Assembly: GCA_964291315.2 (NCBI GenBank)
Contig: OZ219753.1
Location: forward strand, 3,168,001 to 3,232,000
Direction: 5' to 3'
Length of the DNA stretch: 64,000 nucleotides
Source: Candidatus Poribacteria bacterium
GTDB taxonomy: Bacteria > Poribacteria > WGA-4E > WGA-3G
Every line of letters starts with the position of its first letter. Position 1 is the stretch's first letter. Below the pieces are notes generated by a model. The model was not told where the DNA came from, did not search any database, and saw nothing but the letters and a program-made list of their open reading frames with translations. Position numbers and translations under genes: made by a program. This document shows, piece by piece, positions 33,652 through 45,600 of this stretch.

Positions 33652-33792
33652 ATATCCTCCATTTAATAATTATTAGCTGTGAAAGAGCAACAATCAGAGC
33701 CCCATAGCAAACTGCTTTGTTCAGTGTCTTCAAAAGCGGATACATTGTTACAAAACCTGTCTTGAGCGATACCTAACCGTTGATAGTCAGCA

Positions 33793-34572
33793 TTACCACG
33801 TATCCCGCACACTTACACCCGCGCCGGCGAGGTAGGTTTTAATGTTTTCGATCGTGAATTCTCCGTAGTGTGTAATAGAAGCTACGATTGCAGCATCTGC
33901 ATTGCTTTCGATGAAGACATCTCGCAAGTGCTGTGGGTTTCCTGCACCGCCAGAAGCGATAACAGGCACTGAGACCAAATCTGCAATAGCCCGCGTTAAC
34001 TCAAGTTCATATCCTGCTTTTGTGCCGTCCGCATCAATGCTATTAACAACAATCTCGCCCGCTCCTAGATCAACGCTGCGTGCCGACCATTCTAGGGCGT
34101 CCCAACCGATCGGGGTCCTGCCACCGTCTATGTAAATTTCATAACCGTTTGGAATCTGTTCGCTTTTCGGAACTCGTTTCACTTGCATACTTAGCACAAT
34201 GCACTGACTCCCGAACGCCCGTGCGCCTTCGGCAATAATATTAGGGTTTCGCACGGCCCCGGAGTCTATACTCACCTTCTCCGCACCGGCGAGCAGAACG
34301 CGGTGCATATCCTCAAGGGTTCGCAACCCGCCACCGACTGAAAAGGGAATGAAGATCTCAGCAGCGACAGCAGAGACAACATCAATCATTATATCGCGTT
34401 CCTCGTTGCTGGCTGTAATGTCGTAAAACACAAGTTCATCGGCACCGCCTTCGTAATAGAAACGCGCCATCTCAACAGGGTCGCCGACATCCACATTGCC
34501 CTGGAATGCAATACCTTTTGTGACCTTTCCGGCGCGCACATCTAAACATGGAATTATCCGTTTTGTTAGCAA
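33793..34572 (-). CDS. hisF: Imidazole glycerol phosphate synthase cyclase subunit
   Basis: [19 protein letters not shown] and [12 protein letters not shown] start. Confidence 0.95.
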   Translation of the reverse strand: MLTKRIIPCLDVRAGKVTKGIAFQGNVDVGDPVEMARFYYEGGADELVFYDITASNEERDIMIDVVSAVAAEIFIPFSVGGGLRTLEDMHRVLLAGAEKVSIDSGAVRNPNIIAEGARAFGSQCIVLSMQVKRVPKSEQIPNGYEIYIDGGRTPIGWDALEWSARSVDLGAGEIVVNSIDADGTKAGYELELTRAIADLVSVPVIASGGAGNPQHLRDVFIESNADAAIVASITHYGEFTIENIKTYLAGAGVSVRDTW

Positions 34573-34595
34573 AGTTTTCTCCTGTAAGAAGTTGA

Positions 34596-36242
34596 TTAAT
34601 TTGTGAACCGTTGCTTCTTGAATATACTCAAAATGTCGTCAAATTCTGCAACTCTTAGGAGCTTATACATTCCGGTGAGCGTGAGGACGCTCAATCCGAT
34701 TGGGACAAACACACCGGCCAAGCGCTGCACTGTACCCTCTGTGCCGAGCCAATCGCCTTCGATCACTCCATTTGTTAACCAGCAGACAACGCCCATGACA
34801 GCTGAAGCGATTAAGACTTTAAATGTTAACGGGATGACTGCCCTGAGTCCCAAGCGGCCGACCTTACGCCGAAGCAATAACAGTAGCATAGCACAGTTCA
34901 ACGTCACAGTCAAAACTGTTGAAAACACTACAGCTCGAGGGTCTAAAAAGAGTTCTCGGTAGATAAAGAGATAGTTGAGACAGATGTTGAGTATAACAGC
35001 ACAAATGCTGAGGATGACAGGTGCACGAATGTCTTTATGAGCGTAAAAACCATCCGTAACGATCTTGAGAGCCGAAAATCCACACAAACCGAAGGCGTAA
35101 ACGAACAGCACCCCGGCGGTTCCGGCAGTGTCTAATGCATCAGTCTCTCCTCGTTCATACAGAAATCGGCAGATAGGTATCGACATGACCATCAACCCAA
35201 CCGCTGCAGGTACTGTCAAGGTAAGCATGAGGCGCAGGGCGTAAGAGAGGGTGTTGCGGAAATTCTCTGTCTCTCCGATCGATGTGAACCTCGCAAGTTG
35301 AGGGAGAGCCACTGTTGAAATGGCTACACCGAAGATCCCGATCGGAAGATGCAGGATGCGGTACGCACGGCTAATCCACGTCAACCAAGCAGAACCTGAT
35401 GTAATAAAGAACGTGTTCGTAAATTGATTTACCTGCACGACTGCAACCCCTAGCACTGCAGGCCCAACCAGGCGCATAACCTGAAGTACCCTCGGATCCC
35501 GTAGGCTTAGCAGCGGGCGATATCGAAACCCGACGCGATACATAGACGGCACCTGAATTGCGAATTGTGCGATCCCGCCAACACATACACCGATAGCCAT
35601 TCCAGTTACAGGATGTGTTCCGGCTAAAGGGAACAAATAGTAACCACTGATCCCAATAAAAAGGGAACTGACATTAAAAAACGAGGAAGCGCACGCCGGA
35701 ATGCCGAACCGACCTTTGCTGTTCAATAGGCCCATCGCAATCGCCGCGAGCGAAACAAAGATCAAGTACGGAAACATCAACTCGGTGAGATAGACGGTTA
35801 ATTCAACTTTAGTGTCAAACCCGTAATGTTCGGTGACATCGAATTTCTCATCAAAATCCGTACGGGCTAATACGTCAACGATAGTAGGAGCGAAAACGAT
35901 ACCGAGGAGCGTGATACCCATTAAGATGAGAAACGTTAGGTTGAATATCCGGTTTGCGAGATTCCACGCTGCTGTTTCCCCATCTTCGGCTTCTGTGGCG
36001 AGGAAGGTCGTAATGAATGCTTTACTCAAGATACCTTCGCCAAACAGATCGCGGAGAAAATTCGGGATGCGAAACGCCAGATAAAAAGCGTCGCCACTAA
36101 GATTCGATCGAAAATAATAGGCGATCGCTGCTTCGCGCGCGAGCCCCAATATCCGCGATCCCATCACAGCAATGCTGACAATTCCAGCCGACCGGGTGAC
36201 ACCTTGATTATTTTTTTTTGCAGGTTTTGTTGCTTTTTTCAT
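34596..36242 (-). CDS. murJ: Lipid II flippase MurJ/MviN
   Basis: [24 protein letters not shown] and multiple TMs. Confidence 0.93.
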   Translation of the reverse strand: MKKATKPAKKNNQGVTRSAGIVSIAVMGSRILGLAREAAIAYYFRSNLSGDAFYLAFRIPNFLRDLFGEGILSKAFITTFLATEAEDGETAAWNLANRIFNLTFLILMGITLLGIVFAPTIVDVLARTDFDEKFDVTEHYGFDTKVELTVYLTELMFPYLIFVSLAAIAMGLLNSKGRFGIPACASSFFNVSSLFIGISGYYLFPLAGTHPVTGMAIGVCVGGIAQFAIQVPSMYRVGFRYRPLLSLRDPRVLQVMRLVGPAVLGVAVVQVNQFTNTFFITSGSAWLTWISRAYRILHLPIGIFGVAISTVALPQLARFTSIGETENFRNTLSYALRLMLTLTVPAAVGLMVMSIPICRFLYERGETDALDTAGTAGVLFVYAFGLCGFSALKIVTDGFYAHKDIRAPVILSICAVILNICLNYLFIYRELFLDPRAVVFSTVLTVTLNCAMLLLLLRRKVGRLGLRAVIPLTFKVLIASAVMGVVCWLTNGVIEGDWLGTEGTVQRLAGVFVPIGLSVLTLTGMYKLLRVAEFDDILSIFKKQRFTN

Positions 36243-36436
36243 TTGGAGAAGATTGCCCCGAAGAACTTCAAGCAAGATATTCGGAGCCCGTCTGTAGGCA
36301 GGGTTTAGTAGCGTGTAGTCGTTTGGAGCTGCCGCCTACAGATTAGAATGTAACTTCTTGTTGACAGGGCTGCTAATTTAGTGTAAATTTTAGGAAGTTG
36401 CCATTACAAATTCTATCGACGTAAGGAGCCCCGAAG

Positions 36437-36817
36437 ATGCAGCATAAGCGATATTTCACGCTTGAAGAAGCCAACCGATGTATCCCTGAATTAATTGAGG
36501 AGATCTCACTCTTAAGAACGATAAGAGACGAACTCGCAATGTATCACGCCAAGGTTACCCCGCTCTTAGAGGTCGTTTCCACTAACGGTGGGAGTCAGTG
36601 GACCCCCGTTCTACTTAAAGCAACAGCGAATTTTCAGGATGCCCTTGCAAGGATCGAAGACCGTGGATGTCATCTGAAAGGAATTGACCCGGGTTTAGTT
36701 GACTTCCCACACCTACGCGAGGGCAAAGAGGTCTATCTCTGTTGGCAGGTTGGTGAAACCAAAATCCGCTACTGGCACGACATCGAGGACGGGTTTGATG
36801 GACGACAACCGCTGTAA
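36437..36817 (+). CDS. DUF2203-like protein
   Basis: FTLEEAN, GLVDFP, YLCW.GE, WH...GF.GR.PL. Confidence 0.8.
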   Translation: MQHKRYFTLEEANRCIPELIEEISLLRTIRDELAMYHAKVTPLLEVVSTNGGSQWTPVLLKATANFQDALARIEDRGCHLKGIDPGLVDFPHLREGKEVYLCWQVGETKIRYWHDIEDGFDGRQPL

Positions 36818-36823
36818 TAGGTA

Positions 36824-36865
36824 ATTCCCGATTAGCGATTTGCTATTCCCGATTAGCGATTTGCT
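36824..36865. repeat. 2 x 21-bp perfect tandem repeat
   Basis: ATTCCCGATTAGCGATTTGCT occurs twice. Confidence 0.9.
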
Positions 36866-36971
36866 GTTACCCTTCAGCAGCATTTAATTCGTGTGGCAGT
36901 TGCTAACGTTTGACACGCCACAAACCGCTTTTGACTGACAGCAGAGTGCGGCACGCCCCGATTGCTTGTCG

Positions 36972-37763
36972 CTAATCACAAATTGCTTTAAAAAAATGAT
37001 GCGTAGGGCCGTGGCCGTGTCCGATATCCAAGGCGTGTTGAATAGCCCCGGTAATATATACCTTGGCGATCCTGATAGCGTCCACTAAATTTTTGCCGTG
37101 TGCAAGTTGGGTCGCAATCGCCGCTGAATAGGTACAACCTGTGCCGTGTGTGTGGTTCGTCTCGATCCATTCCGCCTGAAAAAACGTCCATTCTCCATCA
37201 CAATAAAGTATGTCGGTAGCCCTATTGCCGGTAAGATGGCCGCCTTTAACCAGCACCGCGTGACAACCGAGTTCGGCAATTGTTTTCGCAGCGCTTTTCG
37301 CCGCATCGGTATCCCGGATGTTCTGTTCCGAGAGCAATTCTGCCTCGTAAATATTAGGCGTAATCACCGTTGCAAGTGGAATCAACACAGTTTTGAGGCT
37401 ATTAATTGCTTCCTCTTTTAAGAGTGGGAATTTGCTTTTGGATATCATTACGGGGTCGACGACGAGAGCCGGTGGCGCATATTGCTTCAATTTTCGCGTA
37501 ACCGTCTCGACGATAGCTGACGAAGAGAGCATCCCCGTTTTAACACTGGCTACGTCGAAATCCGTAAAGACAGCATCTAACTGTGCCTCAATTAGCGAAA
37601 TGGGGAGATCAAACGCCTCGGTCACTGCGACCGTATTCTGCGCTGTCACGGAAGTAATCGCCGACATCGCGTAACCGCTATTTGCCGAGATCGCCTTTAT
37701 ATCCGCCTGTATACCGGCACCGCCCCCTGAATCTGAGCCTGCAATCGTTAAAATCTGTTTCAT
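36972..37763 (-). CDS. thiD: Hydroxymethylpyrimidine/phosphomethylpyrimidine kinase
   Basis: LTIAGSDSGGGAGIQAD and HTHGTGC. Confidence 0.95.
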   Translation of the reverse strand: MKQILTIAGSDSGGGAGIQADIKAISANSGYAMSAITSVTAQNTVAVTEAFDLPISLIEAQLDAVFTDFDVASVKTGMLSSSAIVETVTRKLKQYAPPALVVDPVMISKSKFPLLKEEAINSLKTVLIPLATVITPNIYEAELLSEQNIRDTDAAKSAAKTIAELGCHAVLVKGGHLTGNRATDILYCDGEWTFFQAEWIETNHTHGTGCTYSAAIATQLAHGKNLVDAIRIAKVYITGAIQHALDIGHGHGPTHHFFKAICD

Positions 37764-37820
37764 ATTTTTGCAATATTAAATCTAGTCACTGTTCCGCATC
37801 CAGCAGGAATTGTTAAACAA

Positions 37821-38435
37821 TTAGAGAGTGCCAAGATAGTGTTTCGCCTGTTTCCCGGAGTTTTTAGGAGCCATAACGCCTGACATCACAGCAACTCCAA
37901 AGGCACCAGCTGCTAAGCACTCAGCAACTCTTGCTGGAGTAATGCCACCTAATGCGAATACCGGCAATTTAAAGCGTGATGTTATCTCTCTGAGGCTTCC
38001 TAAACCGACTGCGGGGCCGTACCCCGGTTTGCTTACAGTCGGATAGATAGGACTATAGGTCAGAAAATCGGCACCTTCTGCCTCTCGTTTTTCTGCTGCC
38101 TCAATGGAGTGCACCGAGCACCCGACATAGAAGTGCTTATCTATCCGAGCCTTTACTACCCTAGCAGATTTCGCACTCGCCGGAAGATGAACACCTGCTG
38201 CCCCAGCGTTGCATGCAACACGTATATTTGTATTGACAAAAAGTTTTGCCTTATAATTCCGACACAATTCAGCAATCGCTTGTGCCAAATCCATTAATTC
38301 CTCATCTATCATCTCTTTTTCCCGCAATTGGATAGCGGTAACGCCCACGTCCAACAACTCGGAGATCACATCAGTGAGTGGGGTAGGTGTACATCTATTA
38401 CTATCTGTAATAGCATACAGCTTAAAATTAACCAT
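37821..38435 (-). CDS. thiE: Thiamine-phosphate synthase
   Basis: IQLREK, GVHL, SVH, PTVSKP and FALGGI. Confidence 0.88.
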   Translation of the reverse strand: MVNFKLYAITDSNRCTPTPLTDVISELLDVGVTAIQLREKEMIDEELMDLAQAIAELCRNYKAKLFVNTNIRVACNAGAAGVHLPASAKSARVVKARIDKHFYVGCSVHSIEAAEKREAEGADFLTYSPIYPTVSKPGYGPAVGLGSLREITSRFKLPVFALGGITPARVAECLAAGAFGVAVMSGVMAPKNSGKQAKHYLGTL

Positions 38436-38608
38436 TCTTTTCTAACGATTCTGTCTGTTGTTGATACCGATCATGATTTATTAAATGACCCGATTTAGCA
38501 AAATGAGGTCTCCGTCCATTTAATCCGGTGCAATTAAACTCACAAGAATCCGGTTGAGACGCTTGAGAACCTATAAGGGCAACAAACCGAGCAGGGCAGG
38601 AACAGTCC

Positions 38609-39991
38609 TTAAGAAACACGGCGGAGGCGTGCGGCGAACGTTCCGTCAACGCGGTGTTCGTGTGGCAAGGTCTGGACAAAGCCTTCTGTTGTTAAGGCGC
38701 TCGACGGAATATCTGGTAAAAAGCGTCTAGCATCTTCTACGATATACGTCGGAAAATTCGCCAAAAACCGTTGAACAACCGCCTCGTTTTCTATTGATTC
38801 AATGCTACAAGTGCTGTAAACAAGGATGCCTCCTGGTTTGATGTGTTGGCCGGCGTTTTCCAATAAGTTATACTGAAGTTGGCTGAGGGCTCGAGTCTGT
38901 TCAAATGTTTTGTTCCACTTGATATCGGGATGCCGTCGGAGCGTTCCGAATCCCGAACAAGGTGCATCGATAAGCACAGCATCCGCGGTTTTAATAAATC
39001 CAATATCTGCTTTCGTTGCGTCCATTATCCGTGTTTCGACGTTGTTGGCACCAACCCGTCGACAGTTCTTTTGCAATAAGGCTATTTTTTCCATGGATAC
39101 ATCCACGGCAACAAGTTTTCCGCTATTTTCCATGAGATGCGCGAGATGCGTCGTCTTGCCGCCCGGCGCGGCGCAGAGGTCTACGATAAACTGCGTCTCT
39201 TTTGGTGCAAGGAGATAGGAGACTAACATAGCACTTTCATCTTGAATGTAGATATCTTCTCGCCTTAAGACATCTTTTAATGTGTGATCGTTTGTAGTGT
39301 CAGAAGCAGTGGCGACGGCCGGGTTTTCCAGTACTAAGCCGTCGGGGGCGATTTTGGAGAGACGGGCGGTAATACCGCCTGCCCTTAGTGATTGAAGAAC
39401 TTCTTCGCGCTGTGTTAGAGGCGAATTTACGCGAACGGCGAGCGGTGCGATTTGGTTGCTTGCGCGACAGAATGCTAAAGTCCATGTAACGCCGCGGGTC
39501 TGAAGCCACCGCTTTACCAACCAGGTCGGGTAGGACAACGAAATAGCAATATGTTCAACCGGGTTTGCATAGAGTGGCGGGTAGGCCAATGTTCTACCTT
39601 TGCGTTGCACGGATCGGAGGATAGCATTGATAAACCCAGCAGTTTTCTGCCCACGCGCAGATTTGCGACGGTGAGAATTGGTGAGTTGGACGGTTTCGTA
39701 AATCGCTGCGCGCGCAGGGATCGCGTCGAGATGTAGGAGTTGAAATGCGCCGATCCGCAGGATAGTGCGGTGTCGAGCATCTAACTGAAATCGGGGATTG
39801 ATAAACTGATCCAATACCCAATCCAGTTGCCGCTGCCATCGGATAACACCATAGACGATGCCATTCGCCAGCCGCCGCTCACGTTTACTGATCGCATAAC
39901 GCCCAAACGCACTGTCAACAACAGACGCTATGGATGCGCGGGTATGTGTGAGGGTCAACAAGCATTCTAGAGCGACTTTGCGGGCGTTCAT
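38609..39991 (-). CDS. rsmB: 16S rRNA m5C967 methyltransferase RsmB/Sun (start could be as far up as 40057)
   Basis: NusB-like N-terminus, DLCAAPGGKT, DAPCSG and YSTCS. Confidence 0.92.
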   Translation of the reverse strand: MNARKVALECLLTLTHTRASIASVVDSAFGRYAISKRERRLANGIVYGVIRWQRQLDWVLDQFINPRFQLDARHRTILRIGAFQLLHLDAIPARAAIYETVQLTNSHRRKSARGQKTAGFINAILRSVQRKGRTLAYPPLYANPVEHIAISLSYPTWLVKRWLQTRGVTWTLAFCRASNQIAPLAVRVNSPLTQREEVLQSLRAGGITARLSKIAPDGLVLENPAVATASDTTNDHTLKDVLRREDIYIQDESAMLVSYLLAPKETQFIVDLCAAPGGKTTHLAHLMENSGKLVAVDVSMEKIALLQKNCRRVGANNVETRIMDATKADIGFIKTADAVLIDAPCSGFGTLRRHPDIKWNKTFEQTRALSQLQYNLLENAGQHIKPGGILVYSTCSIESIENEAVVQRFLANFPTYIVEDARRFLPDIPSSALTTEGFVQTLPHEHRVDGTFAARLRRVS

Positions 39992-40084
39992 ATCTCGCGA
40001 TAACGCGAGGTGCCGCGAGATATCATCTCGATCCCTCGCGAGCCTCCTTCTTTTCACAGCAAATTATCTAATACAACATTACAA

Positions 40085-40357
40085 TCAAGCCAATTTTGCC
40101 TTCAAAGCATTCAGTTTGCGGTCGAGTCTGGACTTTTGGCGGTTTCCTGTGCCTTTTTTGATAACGCCTTTACCGGCAGCTCTGTCCAAGAGACTTGCTA
40201 TGTTCCTACACAATTCTTGTGCTTTTTCAACATCGCCTGCATCCAGTGCCGCTTCGGTCTGTTTGAGCACTGTCCGTAGCGTTGCTTTGCGATGTCGATT
40301 GCGTGTGCGTTTGGCTTTATCTGCCCGCGCGTGTTTCCTTGCAGATTGTCTATTCAA
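40085..40357 (-). CDS. rpsT: 30S ribosomal protein S20
   Basis: Basic 90-aa protein with SARK...RNR...LDRAAGKGVI...RQKSRL. Confidence 0.9.
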   Translation of the reverse strand: MNRQSARKHARADKAKRTRNRHRKATLRTVLKQTEAALDAGDVEKAQELCRNIASLLDRAAGKGVIKKGTGNRQKSRLDRKLNALKAKLA

Positions 40358-40700
40358 AATTTATACTCCTTTTGAGAACTTATCCCCCGGTAATTTCATA
40401 AACCCCCGAGGCGTTGAATATCCTTCACAGGATGTGTATATTTAATGATACCACAAAATGTGGGGTTTGTCTACTTTTTTCTCATGAGTTTTCGGCTGTC
40501 AGTAATGCACGTGATTTCTCCCAGGCTTTCTGTAGGTTGATCTTTCTAAGGCCGGCTTTTGTGGTAGGGACTCGGCGTTTCCTCTTAGAGAGCAGCGAAT
40601 GGCTGGATTTCGAATCCGGACCTTTGAAACCGTATTGATTTTTCCCCGAGAAGGCAGTAAAATATTAATAAAACATTGGAAACAAAAAGGAGTTTTTTTC

Positions 40701-42470
40701 ATGAAACGTCTCCCCCTTCTCTTAATTTTTCTGCTTGGGATCGGACTTTGCGCCACCGTAGCAGCACCGCTAGAGCTCCCTAACACGCCTCCATGGAAAC
40801 CTATAGGAAAATACACACACCCGGACATCCGGGAAAGTTCCGGTATTGTTACAAGTCAGCAGTTTGAAGGTGTCTATTGGACACTGAACGACTCCGGTAA
40901 CCCGGCAACACTTTACGCCACAAAACTAAATGGCGAATTAATTCAAGAGATCACTGTGCAAGGTTCAAAAAACTTCGACTGGGAAGCACTCGGCATCGAC
41001 TCACAAAACCGACTCTGGATTGGTGAGATCGGTAATAATAGTAGATTACGGCAAGATTTAAAGGTGGTCGTCATCGCAGAACCAAACCCTTTCACTGACA
41101 CGGAAGCGGTGGTCATTGCAAGTTACCCGTATCAATATCCGGACGAAAATGTTGATGCGGAAGGCCTCTTCATCGTCGAAGGATTCCCTTACATTGTCTC
41201 TAAGGAACGAGAACGGGCTGTACTTTACCGGTTTCCGGCTCTGAAACCGGATGTCAAACAGGTTTTGGGGCGCGTTGGCGAATTTGCGGAGGCAAAATTC
41301 GTAACCGGTGCCGGGGTATCGGAAGACGGAACGCGGCTGGCTGTCTGCACTTACGACGCACTCTGGGTATATAATAAGGCAACAGCGAAAGACTTAGCAG
41401 AAATGATTCAAGGTACACCGTGGCAATTGCCACACGATTTTAGCGGGGAAGCAGTCTGCTTTGACGGTTACGATCTCGTCCTAACGAACGAGGGGCGCGA
41501 CCTCTACCGCTTACCACAATTTTGGTATGAGAAAGAGTGGACGCTGCCCCCAAAGAACACGCAATCGGTAGTTCCCCTATTGCCTGACGCAATTACGCAT
41601 CATGCAACAGCACAGATAGAAAACTATAGTACTGCTAGCATAAATATAGGCGGGAGCTATGTCGTACTAACACCGCAGACTGACAAAGAGATCGGTTCTC
41701 TAACTATTCCAATAGAAGTGCCTTACAGCGATATTTATGAAATCAGTGCTGTTTTAACGCGAGGACCGGAATACGCGCAGGTCGAACTATCCGTGAACGG
41801 CACTGCGGTCGGCTCGCCATACGACTGCTATTCTGCTGAAACAACAGCCGGAACCTTGGTTTCGTTTGGGACGACCCCGCTGACCGCTGGGACGAACCCT
41901 ACGATGTTTAGCATCGTCGGGAAGGCAGCTGAAGCGACAGACTATAAAATCGGTATCGACTCCTATCGGGTGCTGCATGCTTCACCGCTTGTTAAACACT
42001 ACATGGTGTTGGGCCCGTTTTCGAAAACAGACGAGATTGACAAGATGCCCGCTCTTGGAAGTCTAGTGGATCCGAACGCAACTTACACAGATATGCATGG
42101 CAAAACGATCCAGTGGAAGGAAACAACCACGGGGGGAGACGGGTTTCTCAATTTAAGCATAAATCTCGGCTTTGAGTCAGCAGCCGTTGGATACGCACTG
42201 ATGTACGTCCACGCATCGAAACCGACTGATTCTGTGTTACTGATCGGCAGTGATGACGGGGCAACTGTGTGGTTAAATGGGGATGAAGTCTACCGAATCG
42301 ACGCGAACCGCCCAGCGATTCCAGATGAAGATGCTGTTCCTTGCCAACTCAACGCCGGATGGAATGAGGTTTTGTGCAAGGTCAGTCAGGAAGGGTGGGG
42401 TTGGGGACTCTACCTGCGATTTACAGATGTAGATGGACTTCTTAAGTATAGCGTCCGACGACAGGAATAA
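40701..42470 (+). CDS. Secreted multidomain protein (beta-propeller-like N-terminus, galactose-binding-like C-terminal domains)
   Basis: Signal peptide, ESSG, WTLNDSG, DWEA, IGNN, DAEG, and C-terminal GSDDG..VWLNG...L.AGWN. Confidence 0.7.
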   Translation: MKRLPLLLIFLLGIGLCATVAAPLELPNTPPWKPIGKYTHPDIRESSGIVTSQQFEGVYWTLNDSGNPATLYATKLNGELIQEITVQGSKNFDWEALGIDSQNRLWIGEIGNNSRLRQDLKVVVIAEPNPFTDTEAVVIASYPYQYPDENVDAEGLFIVEGFPYIVSKERERAVLYRFPALKPDVKQVLGRVGEFAEAKFVTGAGVSEDGTRLAVCTYDALWVYNKATAKDLAEMIQGTPWQLPHDFSGEAVCFDGYDLVLTNEGRDLYRLPQFWYEKEWTLPPKNTQSVVPLLPDAITHHATAQIENYSTASINIGGSYVVLTPQTDKEIGSLTIPIEVPYSDIYEISAVLTRGPEYAQVELSVNGTAVGSPYDCYSAETTAGTLVSFGTTPLTAGTNPTMFSIVGKAAEATDYKIGIDSYRVLHASPLVKHYMVLGPFSKTDEIDKMPALGSLVDPNATYTDMHGKTIQWKETTTGGDGFLNLSINLGFESAAVGYALMYVHASKPTDSVLLIGSDDGATVWLNGDEVYRIDANRPAIPDEDAVPCQLNAGWNEVLCKVSQEGWGWGLYLRFTDVDGLLKYSVRRQE

Positions 42471-42666
42471 AGAACGAATTTGCACAACTGATTGTCAATT
42501 CGAGCTTCACAACAGCAAGTGCTATCCGTTCGGACTTATAAAGCTGCGAACTACTATAGGTCCTGTCCTTTCGATTTGCATAAAGACGCATTTTCCGTTG
42601 CCTAGCGGGCGCGAGCAGAAGCACATTGGCGAGGTTAAGACGCCTCGCCCAGCAAAAATGAATCTT

Positions 42667-45600
42667 TTAGACCTGTTCGACGGTTATGGTCGCGGGTTCG
42701 CCGTTGAGTTTCTGAGAAACTGTGAAGGCGTTCTCGCCCGAAGACTCGACAACGGTTGTTGTCAATGTCTCTTGCAGAATATAATCTCGATGCACCTCAA
42801 ATGCTTCTTCAACAAGCAATGAAGGCGTTTCGAGACTGAGCTTAATCCGGTCTGAGACATTAAAGTCGGCTTCTTTCCGCATATTCTGGATTTTGTTGAC
42901 AAGTTCGCGTGCCAAACCTTCAAGCGTCAGCTCATGTGTCAATTCGGTTGACAATGCCCCGAATTTCTTCGCGTCTACCTCCACAAAGAAACCCTCTCTA
43001 TTTTGTGTTTGCACGTCGATTTCTGATTGTTCGAGTGTGTAGGTCTCGCCTGAGGCTTCGAGCTGTAGACTGCCGGTCGCTTCTAGTTCCGCCTTCAGTT
43101 GCATTGAATTTGCAGTGGCGAGTGCCTTTGCGATGGCTTGTACACCTTTGCCATACTTCGGTCCCAAGGATCTGAAGTTCGGCTTGAGCGTCACTTGTGC
43201 GAATGCATCTAGATTCTCTACAAAGGTAATCGTCTTGACGTTGAGTTCATCGTGGACAAGTTCTGATAGACGGTTAACCGTCTTTTTTTCCAGGTCAGAG
43301 AGTCCTCCGAGTGTGAACTCGGCGAGCGGTTGGCGTGTTTTAATGCCCGATCGGTTGCGTGCAGCATGTCCCATACGGATGATCTCGCGCGTGAAAGCCA
43401 TATCGGTGTCGAGCTGGGTGTCTTTTAGTGTGGCATCTGCAACTGGGTATTCTGCAAGATGAACGCTAGGTGGGGCGTTGGGGTCCAGCGAACACGCCAA
43501 GTTTCTGTAGAGTTCGTCCGAGAGAAACGGAGTAAAGGGGGCTGCGAGTTTTGCAAGGGTTACCAGCACCTCATAAAGCGTTGCATAGGCAGCCTGTTTG
43601 TCTGGTCCGGCTTTAGTCCCCCAGAATCGGTCTCGACAGCGTCGGACGTACCAGTTGCTGAGGTCATCGACAAACGTCTCAATAGCGCGCGGCGCGTTCG
43701 TGAGGTGGTAATTTTCCATGCTATTGCGTGCAGCGTCGATGAGGGTATGGAGTCGTGATAAAATCCATCTGTCCATTGTCGCCCGTTTTTTGACCGGTGG
43801 GGCATCTTGTAGCACGTCGATCTGCTCTAAGTTGGCATACATAACGAAGAAGCTGTAGACGTTGTAAAAAGTGCCCATGAACTTCTTCAGGGCTTCATCA
43901 ACTCCCTCGGTTTTGAAAGTGCGCGGTGTCCACGGTGTGGTTGCGGTGAACATGTACCAGCGCATTGCGTCCGCGCCTTGTTTGTTGAGAACCGTCCATG
44001 GGTCCACTGTGTTACCTCGGCTCTTACTCATTTTTTGGCCGTCGGGTCCCATAATGAGTTCAAGGCAGAGGCAGTTTCTGTAAGCCGGTTTATCATAGAG
44101 AAGGGTGCCGGTTGCCAAGAGGCTATAGAACCAACCGCGCGTCTGATCGATGGCTTCCGAGATGAAATCGGCGGGGAACGCTTGTTCGAACATCTCTCTG
44201 TTTTCAAACGGGTAGTGCCATTGTGCAGTGTGTGCACAGCCCGAGTCAAACCAGCAGTCAATTACGTCTTCCACGCGATGCATTATGCTGCTGCACTTAC
44301 TGCAGGTGAGGACCACGGCATCCACATACGGGCGGTGCAGTTCGATATCGGCCGGAACGTCTGTGCCTCGTTCCTTCAATTCGGCGATACTTCCCACACA
44401 GTGCTGATGTCCGCAGTCGTCACAAACCCAGATCGGCAGCGGTGTCCCCCAGTATCGTTCACGACTCAGGCCCCAGTCGATGTTATTTTCTAACCAGTTG
44501 CCGAACCTTCCATTTTTGATGTGTTCCGGATACCAATTGATCTCCTGATTGTGTTGACGCATCTGATCGCGAATGGCGGTTGTTCGGACAAACCACGATT
44601 CACGGGCGTAATAGAGCAGCGGGTTATCACATCGCCAGCAGAAGGGATATTGGTGCTTATGTTCGGCAGCCTTGAACAAGAGACCGCGCCCTTTTAAATT
44701 GGCTATGATGTGTGGATCGGCAGCCTTGACGTATTCCCCCGCCCATTTTTCTTTCACCTCTGGAACAAATCTGCCATCCGCCCCGACTAATTGCACAAGG
44801 GGCAGGTTATATTTTTGCCCGATCTCATAGTCGTCTTGTCCAAAGGCGGGGGCGATGTGGACCAAGCCGCTACCCTCTGTCGTTGTCACGAAATCTGCTG
44901 TGACGATGTAGTGCGATTTTTCTGGGTGCTGTCCGCTATCAAACAGCGGCTCGTACTCCCAATCGCGGAGGGCACTGCCTTTATAGCTCTCAACGATTTG
45001 TGGAGATTCATCACCGAATAGACTCTGCATACACGCTTTTGCAAGTATAAGATGCTGCCCGTTGTGTTCAACAGAGACATACTCGTAATCTTCACCGACA
45101 GCAACGGCGACGTTAGACGGCAGCGTCCACGGGGTCGTCGTCCACACGAGCAAATAGGTGTTTTCCTGATTTTTCAACGGGAAACGCACAAAGATTGACG
45201 GATCTGAGACTTCTTGGTACGCCAAAGCGACTTCGTGACTAGCTAAGGTTGTACCGCACCGGTAGCAGTAGGGTTGCACTTTGTGCCCCTGATACAGCAG
45301 ATCCTTATCCCATGCCTGCCGAAGTACCCACCAGACGCTTTCTATGTAGTCGTTTGACAAGGTAATATAGGCATCGTCAAGGTTGACCCAGAACCCGATG
45401 CGTTCTGTCATTTGTCGCCAGTCTTGCTCGTATTGGAACACGTTCTCTTTACATTTTTCGATAAAGTTCTGAACACCGTAAGCCTCAAGTTCGGCTTTGT
45501 TTGTAATATTCAGCTGCTTTTCAACCTGATATTCAACGGGGAGTCCGTGTGTGTCCCAACCTGCCTTCCGGTGGACGTAGTGTCCTGTCATCGTTTTGTA

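Noticed and set aside
36824-36865. Possible CRISPR repeat
   Set aside because: Only two directly abutting 21-bp units, with no spacer and no cas genes.
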